From: Planctomycetota bacterium | Lineage (GTDB): Bacteria; Planctomycetota; Phycisphaerae; Phycisphaerales; SM1A02 | Length of the DNA stretch: 38,829 nucleotides | NCBI GenBank assembly: GCA_022567855.1 | Contig: JADFGE010000001.1 | Location: 1-38,829, forward strand | Reading direction: 5' to 3' | Shown here: positions 27,617 to 35,758 of the stretch, in pieces | Layout: each line of letters begins with the position of its first letter | How positions within the stretch are numbered: position 1 is the stretch's first letter | Notes under the pieces: generated by a model | What the model saw: only the letters and a program-made list of their open reading frames with translations | Database searches by the model: none | What the model was told of the DNA's origin: nothing | Program-made: the position numbers and the translations under genes

Positions 27617-29626
27617 ATGGAACGCGAGCCTCCGCGTCAGATCGGCCAGTACCAGATCCAGCGCGTGCTCGGCACCGGCGGGATGGCGACCGTCTACGCC
27701 GCCCTGCAGCGACAGCCCCGGCGGACCGTGGCCGTCAAGGTGCTCAGGACCGAGGTTGCCTCGGAGGCGACCCTGCGCCGGTTCAAGCGGGAGGTGGAGA
27801 TCCTCGGCCGGCTCCGGCACCCGTGCATCGCCCAGGTCTTCGAAGCGGGCACGTTCGACGACGGCGAGGGGTCCTCCCTCTACCTCGCGGTCGAGTACGT
27901 TCCCGGCGCCAAGACGATCCTCGAATACGCCGAGGCCAAGCAGCTCGAGTTGGCTGATCGCCTGAAGCTGTTCATCAAGGTTTGCTCCGCCGCGGAGCAC
28001 GCTCACAAGCAGCGGGTGATTCACCGCGACCTCAAGCCCAACAACATCCTTGTGGACTCGTCGGGGCGGTTGAAGTTGATCGACTTCGGCGTGGCCCATG
28101 CGGCCGACCCCGATCTGGGAGAGCGCACCAGACACACCGAGACCGGTCAATTACTCGGGACGATCCAATACATGAGTCCGGAGCAGGTGGACGCAACGCT
28201 GAGCGACATTGATCCTCGCAGCGACGTGTACGCGTTGGGCGTGGTGCTCTACGAGCTGTTGACGGGGCGGCACCCCTATGAGCTGGAGGGTCTGCGCATA
28301 CACGAGGCGCTGCGCGTCATCCTCACTCGGCCGCCGCGCCCCCCGAGTGACGTCGCGCCGCAGCTACGCGGCGACCTCGAAACGATCATCCTCAAAGCAC
28401 TGGCGAAGGACCGCAGGCAGCGATATCGGGATGCGGGCAGCATGGGGCGCGACATTGTGCGGTTCCTGCGGCGCGAGCCGATTCACGGCAAGCCCGGCGG
28501 GTCCGTCTACCGCGCCAAGATGTTCGTTGTGCGCCGCCGCAAGCAACTGACCGTGGCGGGCGTGATCGGGGCGGCGCTGGTCGTGACGTTCGCGGTTGCG
28601 GCGTGGCTTATCGTGCGAGCCCAGGAGCAGGTGCAACACGCTGAGCGCGCTACGCAACGGCAGGAGGAAACGAACCTCGAGATCCAGCAGTCGCTTCAGG
28701 AGCAGATCGAATCCGCGCGCGACGCGGCGAGACAGCCGGACCGAACGCTGTTTCGGCTCGCCGCCCATGATGACGCGGTAAGCGCCCTGGCGTTTGATCC
28801 GACCGGCCGACGGCTCGTCTCCGCGTCTCACGACGGGTCGATCGCAATGTGGGACCTTGCAGATCGAACGGAACGCTTCGGATCCCTGGAGCATGAAGCG
28901 CCCGTGACATACTTGGCGGTAAGCGGGGATGGATCACGGCTGGCCGCCGCAGACGAGGACGGGCTGCTCGTCGTATACGACGCCGCCACGGGCGAGGTCC
29001 AACGCCGGATCCAGACGGGGGCTTCGGTCGTTCGCTGCCTGGCGCTTGATTACGTAGGAGACCGGCTGGCCGTCGGTCGTGACGACTTGACCATCTCGCT
29101 TTGGGCGATCCAACAGCCCGAGCCGATCCGAACCTTCCGCGGCACGACCGGGTCGTTCCATCTGGTGGCTTTCAGTCCAGACGGGCAGGACCTTGCGGCG
29201 GTCTCCGAAACCGACGCGGTGTACATCTGGGACATTGAGACTGCCCAGCGCCGGTGGCAGCAGGCCGGCCCGGAGGCAACCATCGCCCTTCGTTTCACCC
29301 CCGCCGGCGATCGACTGCTGTGCGTTTCCTTGCGAAAGGGCGGGACATGGTTTGACCCGGCCACGGGCGACGCCGTCGCCCGGTTGTCGCTGGGGCGCCA
29401 GGCGTTGACCGAGGCCGCCCTTGATCCGACCGGGCAATGGCTGGCCGCGGTCGTGGACGAGCGCACGGTGCGCGTCTGGAATCTCGTCGCAGGCGAACCG
29501 GTGGGCCCGCCGATTACGAGCGAGCAGCCGATTCAGTCCCTCGCCATCCACCCCGAGGGAACGTGGCTCGCTCTGGGTGAAGCCGGCGGCGACATCGTCG
29601 TGGTTCCTGTCGTTCATGAGCAGTAG
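27617..29626 (+). CDS. Membrane Ser/Thr protein kinase with C-terminal WD40 beta-propeller
   Basis: Kinase motifs GTGGMATVY, VAVKVL, HRDLKPNNILV, DFGVA and YMSPEQ. TM helix LTVAGVIGAALVVTFAVAAWLIV. WD40-like repeats SHDGSIAMWDL, DGLLVVYDA, DLTISLWA, DAVYIWDI and RTVRVWNL. ATG at 27617. Confidence 0.85.
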   Translation: MEREPPRQIGQYQIQRVLGTGGMATVYAALQRQPRRTVAVKVLRTEVASEATLRRFKREVEILGRLRHPCIAQVFEAGTFDDGEGSSLYLAVEYVPGAKTILEYAEAKQLELADRLKLFIKVCSAAEHAHKQRVIHRDLKPNNILVDSSGRLKLIDFGVAHAADPDLGERTRHTETGQLLGTIQYMSPEQVDATLSDIDPRSDVYALGVVLYELLTGRHPYELEGLRIHEALRVILTRPPRPPSDVAPQLRGDLETIILKALAKDRRQRYRDAGSMGRDIVRFLRREPIHGKPGGSVYRAKMFVVRRRKQLTVAGVIGAALVVTFAVAAWLIVRAQEQVQHAERATQRQEETNLEIQQSLQEQIESARDAARQPDRTLFRLAAHDDAVSALAFDPTGRRLVSASHDGSIAMWDLADRTERFGSLEHEAPVTYLAVSGDGSRLAAADEDGLLVVYDAATGEVQRRIQTGASVVRCLALDYVGDRLAVGRDDLTISLWAIQQPEPIRTFRGTTGSFHLVAFSPDGQDLAAVSETDAVYIWDIETAQRRWQQAGPEATIALRFTPAGDRLLCVSLRKGGTWFDPATGDAVARLSLGRQALTEAALDPTGQWLAAVVDERTVRVWNLVAGEPVGPPITSEQPIQSLAIHPEGTWLALGEAGGDIVVVPVVHEQ

Positions 29627-29722
29627 GGAACTCGCCGTCGATATGCATGGGCACACGCTTGAGAATCGGCGTCGCGATGGCCGGTGGGCGTGTGTAGCAT
29701 CTCTCCAGCCGTCTTTGGCAAC

Positions 29723-32359
29723 ATGCCGATGACCGACCTCAGTAAGGCAAGGGAGTCACACTTCACCGTGGATGCCGCGATTGTCACTGCCGCGAGCCTG
29801 CGACCGTATTTTGAGCAATGCGGGTACGAAGGGTCACGTTTGGCTACGGACTACACCTTCGACAGTGAAACGGCGCCGCTCGTTGGCTTCTTCGGTCGAC
29901 CTTGGGACGCGCGTTCGGCGTGTGTGGCGGCGGTCGATTCGAAGGGCGATACCCATGCGTCTGCGGCCACATGCTATACCCTTGGCACGCCGACGGTTTT
30001 CGTCTGTCGTGGCGATGGTTTCGACTGCTGGACTATATCTGGCGACGGTCCCGCCCAAAACAAGCCTATTGCGGCGCAGGAGATCCGTGGTTTCTTCCAG
30101 ACTCATGCCGATGATCTCAGTCCAGAGACGATATACGCTGCAAAAACGCGTCGCCCCGTAGCGGCGCAACGTCAACTGTGGTTCGTGGATGTCGGGCTCA
30201 TGCCAGCTGTGGAGCGCCGCATGGGCCAGGCGCTGCATCGGCTCGTGGAAGGGGCCATCCAGGACTTGTCCGCAGAACTGGGGGGTCAGTTGCGGAGCCG
30301 AAAGGCCTTGACTGACCTTTACAAGACCGTGTTCTGGCTGCTCGCAGCCAAACTGCTCAACGAAAAGGATGTTGAGAACTTCAAAAGGATCGACTTGAAG
30401 AATGTGGACGAGGTCTTTGATCGCGTGGGTAGGCACTACGCAGATACCGCGACTCTACCTCCCGGCGGTAAGAAGTGGCGAGCGGCCATTGATGCGGTGG
30501 CCGCAAACATCGCTTCGTGGGGGAACCTCGGAAATATCTCCCCTGAGGCGCTCGGGTACTTGTACGAGCAGGCGCTAGTTGACAAGAAGCCCAAGGGAGC
30601 CGGAGCGAAGAAGATCCCCAAGGGTCGGGACATCCGTAAAGAGCTGGGGATCCACCGTACACCGCCGGTATTGGTGGATCATATGCTTGCTCAGTTGTGG
30701 ACACTCATCGAGCAGATCCCGCCCGCTGATCGCCGGGTTTTCGAACCCGCGTGCGGGCACGGTGCGTTTCTTGTCGCGGCGCTGCGCTGGCTTCGTGAAT
30801 ACTCGGGTGTGCCGGAGGGCATCGACCGGCATCGATACTTGCGCGACCGCTTGTACGGTGTCGAGGTTGATTCTTTCACTCGCGAACTCTGCAAGCTATC
30901 GTTGACGCTGGCCGATGTGCCACACCGCAACTCATGGCGGATCGACCAGGACGATATGTTCGCGCCGAGCGTGCTGAAGAACGCCGCAGCGCAGTGCACG
31001 GTACTCCTCGCCAATCCGCCGTACGAACCGTTCAGAGTCACCGACAAGAACCGATACCAGAAGGCCGGCGAGCCAGTAACAGCGATCACAAAAGCAGTCG
31101 AGATGCTCAAACGAACACTGCCTCACTTGCCGCCGGGCGGGGTCTTCGGTGTCGTGATGCCACAGGGGATGCTGCACGACAAAGAATCGACCGAGATACG
31201 CAAGCTCTTGCTGACCGACTTCCAACTCAGCGAAATCACGCTCTTCGCCGACAACCTGTTCGAAGAGTCCGACCATGAGGTGGCCGTGCTCATGGGGCGA
31301 CGCCGAAAGCCAACCGCGTCGAGCACGCTCATGTACCGTCGCGTCCGTGAACGCGGGATGGCAGCGTTCAAGGAGCGCCTTGCGTTCTCATCTGAACGGA
31401 AAGTGCCACAGGCGAGTTTCGCGACGGACTTACCGGCGACCCTCCTGCTGCCGGACCTGCCGGAGGTTTGGGACTACCTGGGCGACATGCTTGGGCTCGG
31501 AATCTCCGCAAAAGTCCAACAGGGTTTTCAGTTCCGCAGCAAGAAGGAGTTGGAAGGTCGGCAAGTCGAATCGAAGACCAAGAAGCCAGGCTGGATTCCT
31601 GCGATTCTGCGTGCAGATGATGGCTACTCCATCTGCGAACTACCCAAGCGTGTCTGGATCGACTACGCCGAGGATACGCTGAGGCCGCGCGGCGGCGGCG
31701 CCAAGCCAGGCACGGCGCAGGTCATTCTCAACTACGCACGTGTGGCTCGCGAGCCGTGGCGACTGAAAGCCGTGGTCGATGAGAAAGGGCACGCTGTCTC
31801 CAGCCGATTCTTAGTATTCCGGCCGAAGCCCGGCGGACCTACGCTCCGAGTGTTGTGGGCCATCCTCAACTCACCCGTTGCCAACGCGTACGCACATTGC
31901 TTCTTGGGGAAGCGAGAGACGCTCGTCAAGGAATGGCGGGCCTTCCCACTTCCCGCAATATCTCTTGCACGAGCGCGCGGTATTGCCGGGGCAGCCACTG
32001 AGTACTTAGCCGCGGCACAAAAGGCGCAAGATGCTTTCATGAAGCCGATGGACAAAAAACCTCTGCGGCAGGCACTGTTGGCAATGGATGCAGAGGTGTT
32101 GCGCTCATATGACCTGCCGCCGCGTCTCGAGCGCCAGTTACTAGACCTCTTCGAGGGTGTCGAACGCAAGGGTGTCGGATGCGAGTTCAAAGGATACTAC
32201 CAGTCGAGTCTCGATGCTTTTGTGCCGCTTCACGAGTTGATTTCGGATGAATATGCCCGATCGACCATGGAAGAGTTCCGCCAACAGCGGCCGCTCGATT
32301 CTTCGTCACCGGTGTTGGCTGCGCTGCGGAGTGCGAGCGAGGCGTTCGCGGAGGAATAA
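29723..32359 (+). CDS. Large gamma-class N6-adenine DNA methyltransferase (Eco57I/TaqI-like) with a C-terminal specificity domain and an N-terminal region of about 330 aa. It is a putative single-chain type IIG/IIL restriction-modification enzyme.
   Basis: Motif I FEPACGHGAFLVAAL and motif IV LLANPPYEP. TaqI_C-type specificity signature LRVLWAILNSPVANAYAH. D-X9-D-X-K motif (PWDARSACVAAVDSK) in the N-terminal region. The ATG at 29723 is preferred over the upstream ORF-track start at 29684. Confidence 0.8.
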   Translation: MPMTDLSKARESHFTVDAAIVTAASLRPYFEQCGYEGSRLATDYTFDSETAPLVGFFGRPWDARSACVAAVDSKGDTHASAATCYTLGTPTVFVCRGDGFDCWTISGDGPAQNKPIAAQEIRGFFQTHADDLSPETIYAAKTRRPVAAQRQLWFVDVGLMPAVERRMGQALHRLVEGAIQDLSAELGGQLRSRKALTDLYKTVFWLLAAKLLNEKDVENFKRIDLKNVDEVFDRVGRHYADTATLPPGGKKWRAAIDAVAANIASWGNLGNISPEALGYLYEQALVDKKPKGAGAKKIPKGRDIRKELGIHRTPPVLVDHMLAQLWTLIEQIPPADRRVFEPACGHGAFLVAALRWLREYSGVPEGIDRHRYLRDRLYGVEVDSFTRELCKLSLTLADVPHRNSWRIDQDDMFAPSVLKNAAAQCTVLLANPPYEPFRVTDKNRYQKAGEPVTAITKAVEMLKRTLPHLPPGGVFGVVMPQGMLHDKESTEIRKLLLTDFQLSEITLFADNLFEESDHEVAVLMGRRRKPTASSTLMYRRVRERGMAAFKERLAFSSERKVPQASFATDLPATLLLPDLPEVWDYLGDMLGLGISAKVQQGFQFRSKKELEGRQVESKTKKPGWIPAILRADDGYSICELPKRVWIDYAEDTLRPRGGGAKPGTAQVILNYARVAREPWRLKAVVDEKGHAVSSRFLVFRPKPGGPTLRVLWAILNSPVANAYAHCFLGKRETLVKEWRAFPLPAISLARARGIAGAATEYLAAAQKAQDAFMKPMDKKPLRQALLAMDAEVLRSYDLPPRLERQLLDLFEGVERKGVGCEFKGYYQSSLDAFVPLHELISDEYARSTMEEFRQQRPLDSSSPVLAALRSASEAFAEE

Positions 32360-32362
32360 CGC

Positions 32363-32875
32363 TTGTCAGACTTCCTCCTCGATACGCAGACGATCCGGTA
32401 TTGGTTTGATTGCGAATCGGTGTTCCACTTGCCAGTACGAAAAGCGGCCGCAGCTCTCGCCCCGGGGTCACATGTGTTCGTCTCGACGATCACATTGGGC
32501 GAGATTGAATTCGGGATACAACACAATGCCGCTGGCATGGGCGGCCGCCTCAATGAGTACGCCGATTTCGTTCGTAAGAATCTACCTCTTATTCTGCCTG
32601 TTTCACGGCACACGGCAGAGCCTTATGGGCGTGTCCGTGCCAAGTTGGTTGACCGGTTCCCGCCACCGGGAGGCTGGTCCAAGAGGAAGCGGGCGGAGCA
32701 ATTGTACGACCCGATCGCGGCACGCGAGCTGGGCTTCGACGAAAACGATCTTTGGCTCGTAGCCCAGGCTATCGAACGGAACCTCGTTTTCGTCACAAAT
32801 GACAAGATGGCTCCTAATCAGGGAAGCGATGCGAGAGATTCAGCCAACTTTCTCGTTTGTCAACTGGGCGGCTGA
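32363..32875 (+). CDS. PIN-domain (VapC-like) ribonuclease, no cognate antitoxin gene
   Basis: All four PIN acidic positions are present: FLLDTQ, TLGEIEFG, ENDLWLVAQA and FVTNDK. The TTG start at 32363 is 3 nt after the methyltransferase TAA, with GAGGAA at 32351-32356 as an SD. Confidence 0.75.
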   Translation: MSDFLLDTQTIRYWFDCESVFHLPVRKAAAALAPGSHVFVSTITLGEIEFGIQHNAAGMGGRLNEYADFVRKNLPLILPVSRHTAEPYGRVRAKLVDRFPPPGGWSKRKRAEQLYDPIAARELGFDENDLWLVAQAIERNLVFVTNDKMAPNQGSDARDSANFLVCQLGG

Positions 32876-33016
32876 ATGACCTCGGAACGGCGTCGAGCGC
32901 GACCGTGTGAAACTCCAAGCGTTGTTTGTGGGACGCCATCGCTTCCTCGAAGTACATAAGAACCCTTATCTCCCAATCATCGAACCGGTTTGACCGTTAA
33001 TTGGTAGACTTGCATC

Positions 33017-33613
33017 ATGCAGACGTGGCGGGCGACGACGATTCTCTCCGTGCGACAGGGCGCGCGGGTAGCCGTGGGCGGCGACGGGCAGGTAACCATC
33101 GGGGAGACGATCGCCAAAGCCGACGCGGTGAAGGTGCGCAAGCTCGACGACGTCGGCGCGGAAGCGGCCGGGGTGCTGATCGGATTCGCCGGCTCCGCAG
33201 CCGATGCGTTCGCCCTGTTGGAGCGATTCGAGGCGAAGCTCAAGGAGTCGCCGACGAACCTCATGCGGGCCGCGATCGAGCTGGCCAAGCTTTGGCGCAC
33301 AGATCGGATGCTGCGCCGACTGGAGTCATTGCTGGTGGTCGCGGATCGGGCCAAGACATTGATGATCTCAGGTCAAGGTGACGTGATCGAACCGTCCGAC
33401 GGCATATGTGCGATCGGCTCCGGCGGACCGTTCGCGCTCGCGGCGGCGCGGGCGCTGATGAAGCACACCCAGCTCGGCCCGGCGCAACTCTGCAAAGAGG
33501 CGCTGCGAACCGCAGGAGAGATCAGCATCTACTCCAATGATTCCCTGACCGTGCTCGAACTGAATGGGCCCAACGGCCCCGAGATGGGAACGGGCGAGGA
33601 CAACCGATCGTGA
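33017..33613 (+). CDS. hslV: ATP-dependent protease subunit HslV (ClpQ/CodW-type)
   Basis: N-terminal [13 protein letters not shown] (Thr nucleophile after a short propeptide, as in B. subtilis CodW). Motifs GGDGQVT and [16 protein letters not shown]. Confidence 0.9.
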   Translation: MQTWRATTILSVRQGARVAVGGDGQVTIGETIAKADAVKVRKLDDVGAEAAGVLIGFAGSAADAFALLERFEAKLKESPTNLMRAAIELAKLWRTDRMLRRLESLLVVADRAKTLMISGQGDVIEPSDGICAIGSGGPFALAAARALMKHTQLGPAQLCKEALRTAGEISIYSNDSLTVLELNGPNGPEMGTGEDNRS

Positions 33614-33939
33614 GCAGACGCCGCGGTCGGCGAGGACGCCGGCTGACGACCGTCCTGGTCGCGGTTTCGCTGGCGATCGGCCTGGGGTGTCTGATGGCCG
33701 TCGGCCCACCGCCGGTGGTCGGCGTCGATGCCCTGTGGGTCAAGGCGAATGCTGCTGAGGTACGCCTGATGCTCGGGGCGATCGCGGCAGCGCTGCTCTT
33801 TTCCGTCGCTGGACTGTGGTTCGGCGTTGCGCGAGGGTTCCTCGCAGCGGTGTGGATCGTGCCTATTCTGGTAAGTGCGGTGTTCTTTGCTGATCGTGTG
33901 GGGGCGATTTATCGGGTCATGGTGTCGTACGTCCGCTAA
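33610..33939 (+). CDS. Small membrane protein (109 aa, about 3 TM helices), hypothetical
   Basis: The GTG at 33610 overlaps the hslV stop codon (GTGA). The N-terminus is basic ([10 protein letters not shown]) and is followed by hydrophobic helices. Confidence 0.5.
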   Translation: MSRRRGRRGRRLTTVLVAVSLAIGLGCLMAVGPPPVVGVDALWVKANAAEVRLMLGAIAAALLFSVAGLWFGVARGFLAAVWIVPILVSAVFFADRVGAIYRVMVSYVR

Positions 33940-33988
33940 TTGAAGGCTGCGTTGAATCGGACCCGTCAAAGCGTCGATTCTATAGCTC

Positions 33989-34741
33989 ATGGGTGCATGG
34001 CTTTCGAGCGTCAAACGGGCGCTGGGTGCCGGACCGAACGCAAAGGAGAAGGTGCGTCTCCTCCTGAAGGCGGCCTATCGCGCGCGTACCACGCTCGATC
34101 TGGAGCCGCTGAATCAGACTGGGTTTCACAAGCTGGTGCTGGCCGCCACGATTGAGCAGGTCCGTGATGACGATGTGATCATCAGTCAGCCATTGATCGG
34201 CGCCTTGAACCATCCGTTGGCCACCGGGGAAGAACTCCTCATGAGCTTCGGGCTCGACTCCGTGGGGGGCGTCAGCGGCAAGACCCAGGCATTGGGGCGA
34301 GTTCAAGTCCCCTCCGGTGGCCCCCGGCTTCTGTATGGCTATCGCCTCGCCATGCCAACCGTGCTGCGCGCCGTTGAACGTCGTAAGCATCGTCGCGTGA
34401 CGTTCGGATCAAACGCCCCGCCCGCAGCTGCGCTCTACCCCCGCCCGAAGGATGCGCCACTGAGGGGGATCCTCATGGACATCAGTATCCGCGGCATGCT
34501 CATCCGCATCCTCCACGAGCCGGAGTGCGAACTAGCACTGCAGCAGCGCGTTCATCTGAGCGTACAGCTTCCCCCTCCGGTCGGCGTAATCGACGAGAAC
34601 GTCACCGTTGTTCGCGTTGCACCCAGCGCCAACCGCACCAACAATTATATCGGTGTCGCCTTCGACGGGGAAGTCGAGGGCCTCGCGGACCTGGTTCGCC
34701 AACTCGAGGAAGGGCGGCACGCACCCCCTGCCGACGGGTAA
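33989..34741 (+). CDS. PilZ domain protein (candidate c-di-GMP receptor)
   Basis: RxxxR motif in RRKHRRV and DxSxxG motif in DISIRGM, with the spacing expected for a PilZ domain. Confidence 0.7.
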   Translation: MGAWLSSVKRALGAGPNAKEKVRLLLKAAYRARTTLDLEPLNQTGFHKLVLAATIEQVRDDDVIISQPLIGALNHPLATGEELLMSFGLDSVGGVSGKTQALGRVQVPSGGPRLLYGYRLAMPTVLRAVERRKHRRVTFGSNAPPAAALYPRPKDAPLRGILMDISIRGMLIRILHEPECELALQQRVHLSVQLPPPVGVIDENVTVVRVAPSANRTNNYIGVAFDGEVEGLADLVRQLEEGRHAPPADG

Positions 34742-34831
34742 CGGCGCAATGCCTCGGCTTGCTCCGACCGCACCGACCCGAGGGGGCCCCATCGCCCCTT
34801 CCCGCGGTGTACAGGGCAGATCCCGGAGAGT

Positions 34832-35113
34832 CTATTCGCCTCGCTCAGCGGCCTCGTCACGACGCCCGCTACGGTGGTATCGGCCTCGGCGGTTGGCGTA
34901 CTCCTGCGGCGAGATCGGCAAGTCAGGGTCATCGCCTTGTTGCCATTGGCGATGGAGACTCGTCAGGAAAGGGACGCACCAGTGGCATCCCGTTCCCGCC
35001 CCGAGACATTCGCTGAGCTGTGACGGCACCGACGGTTGCTCGCGCTTCATGTAGTTCGTGAGCTTGCGAAGACTCACGCGATAGCACAGGCAAACATGGT
35101 CATCCGGCTGCAT
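34832..35113 (-). CDS. BFD-like [2Fe-2S]-binding protein (bacterioferritin-associated ferredoxin-like)
   Basis: Cys pattern CLC ... CHWC (VCLCYRVSLRKL ... GAGTGCHWCVPFL). ATG at 35113. Confidence 0.65.
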   Translation of the reverse strand: MQPDDHVCLCYRVSLRKLTNYMKREQPSVPSQLSECLGAGTGCHWCVPFLTSLHRQWQQGDDPDLPISPQEYANRRGRYHRSGRRDEAAERGE

Positions 35114-35134
35114 AAACCAACACACCCAACCACC

Positions 35135-35176
35135 ATCCCTTATCCCTCATCCCTCATCCCTCATCTTTACATCCCT
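35135..35176 (-). repeat. Tandem heptad repeat (AGGGATG on the minus strand; ATCCCTC on the plus strand) matching a G3N4 G-quadruplex pattern
   Basis: atccct occurs at 35135, 35142, 35149 and 35156 (period 7). A degenerate copy is at 35163 and another copy at 35171. The minus strand reads GGGAAGGGATGTAAAGATGAGGGATGAGGGATGAGGGATAAGGGATGG. Confidence 0.9.
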
Positions 35177-35179
35177 TCC

Positions 35180-35605
35180 CTACACCCACACCTGGCAGAT
35201 CAGATGCGGCTCCTTGAGCTTGCCCGCCACCGTGCCCACCGTCGAGGTGACGAACTTCACCTCGTACTGCGGATGAGCGTCCAGCCACTCGTTGACGCAC
35301 TGGTCCAGGTATGTCAGAGCGTCGGCGGTGAGCTTGCAATGGAAGGTGCGAACGTGGATCGCGCCTAGGCCGGTCGTGTTCGGCGTACGGGACCACTTGT
35401 CCTCGTGTCGGCGACCCTTCTCGAAGGCGGTGATCTTCTTCGGGCCGGCGGCGGGTCCAACGCTTTCGACCACTGGCAACTCACCCGCCTCGGGCTCGCT
35501 GACTTCCTTTACCGGCAACCGCGGCGCGCCGGTCCCGAACTGCGGCTCGGTATGTCGGATCTTGCTCGGTGCGTCGCTATCCGGTCGGTTGGGCATGGTA
35601 TCCAT
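35180..35605 (-). CDS. Hypothetical protein
   Basis: ATG at 35605 (MDTMPNRPD...). The N-terminal half looks disordered. The C-terminal 70 aa look folded (AIHVRTFHCKLTADALTYLDQCVNEWLDAHPQYEVKFV...). No family recognised. Confidence 0.45.
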   Translation of the reverse strand: MDTMPNRPDSDAPSKIRHTEPQFGTGAPRLPVKEVSEPEAGELPVVESVGPAAGPKKITAFEKGRRHEDKWSRTPNTTGLGAIHVRTFHCKLTADALTYLDQCVNEWLDAHPQYEVKFVTSTVGTVAGKLKEPHLICQVWV

Positions 35606-35758
35606 GAGTTGGATCCTTGATTCCTCAGCCTGCGTTGCCGTGGCGACCGGCAAGACGGCCCGGCTCGACCACAACGCCAATGAAACCAGCCTAGACGAAC
35701 CGGCCACCGACGAACAGCCGCATGCCCCAGAATCATCGTTTCCAGTCGGCGAACGCGG

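Noticed and set aside
27617-32875. Treating the Ser/Thr kinase-WD40 gene as a third component of the MTase-PIN system
   Set aside because: The kinase has a TM helix and an extracytoplasmic WD40 propeller, a common sensor architecture in Planctomycetota. It is separated from the methyltransferase by about 96 nt with no coupling. Co-orientation alone is not sufficient evidence.
29627-33016. Calling the MTase-PIN region a mobile element or genomic island
   Set aside because: No integrase, transposase, tRNA target or flanking direct or inverted repeats are visible. Only anecdotal local AT-richness was seen, so the region is reported as a finding to test and not as a mobile_element feature.
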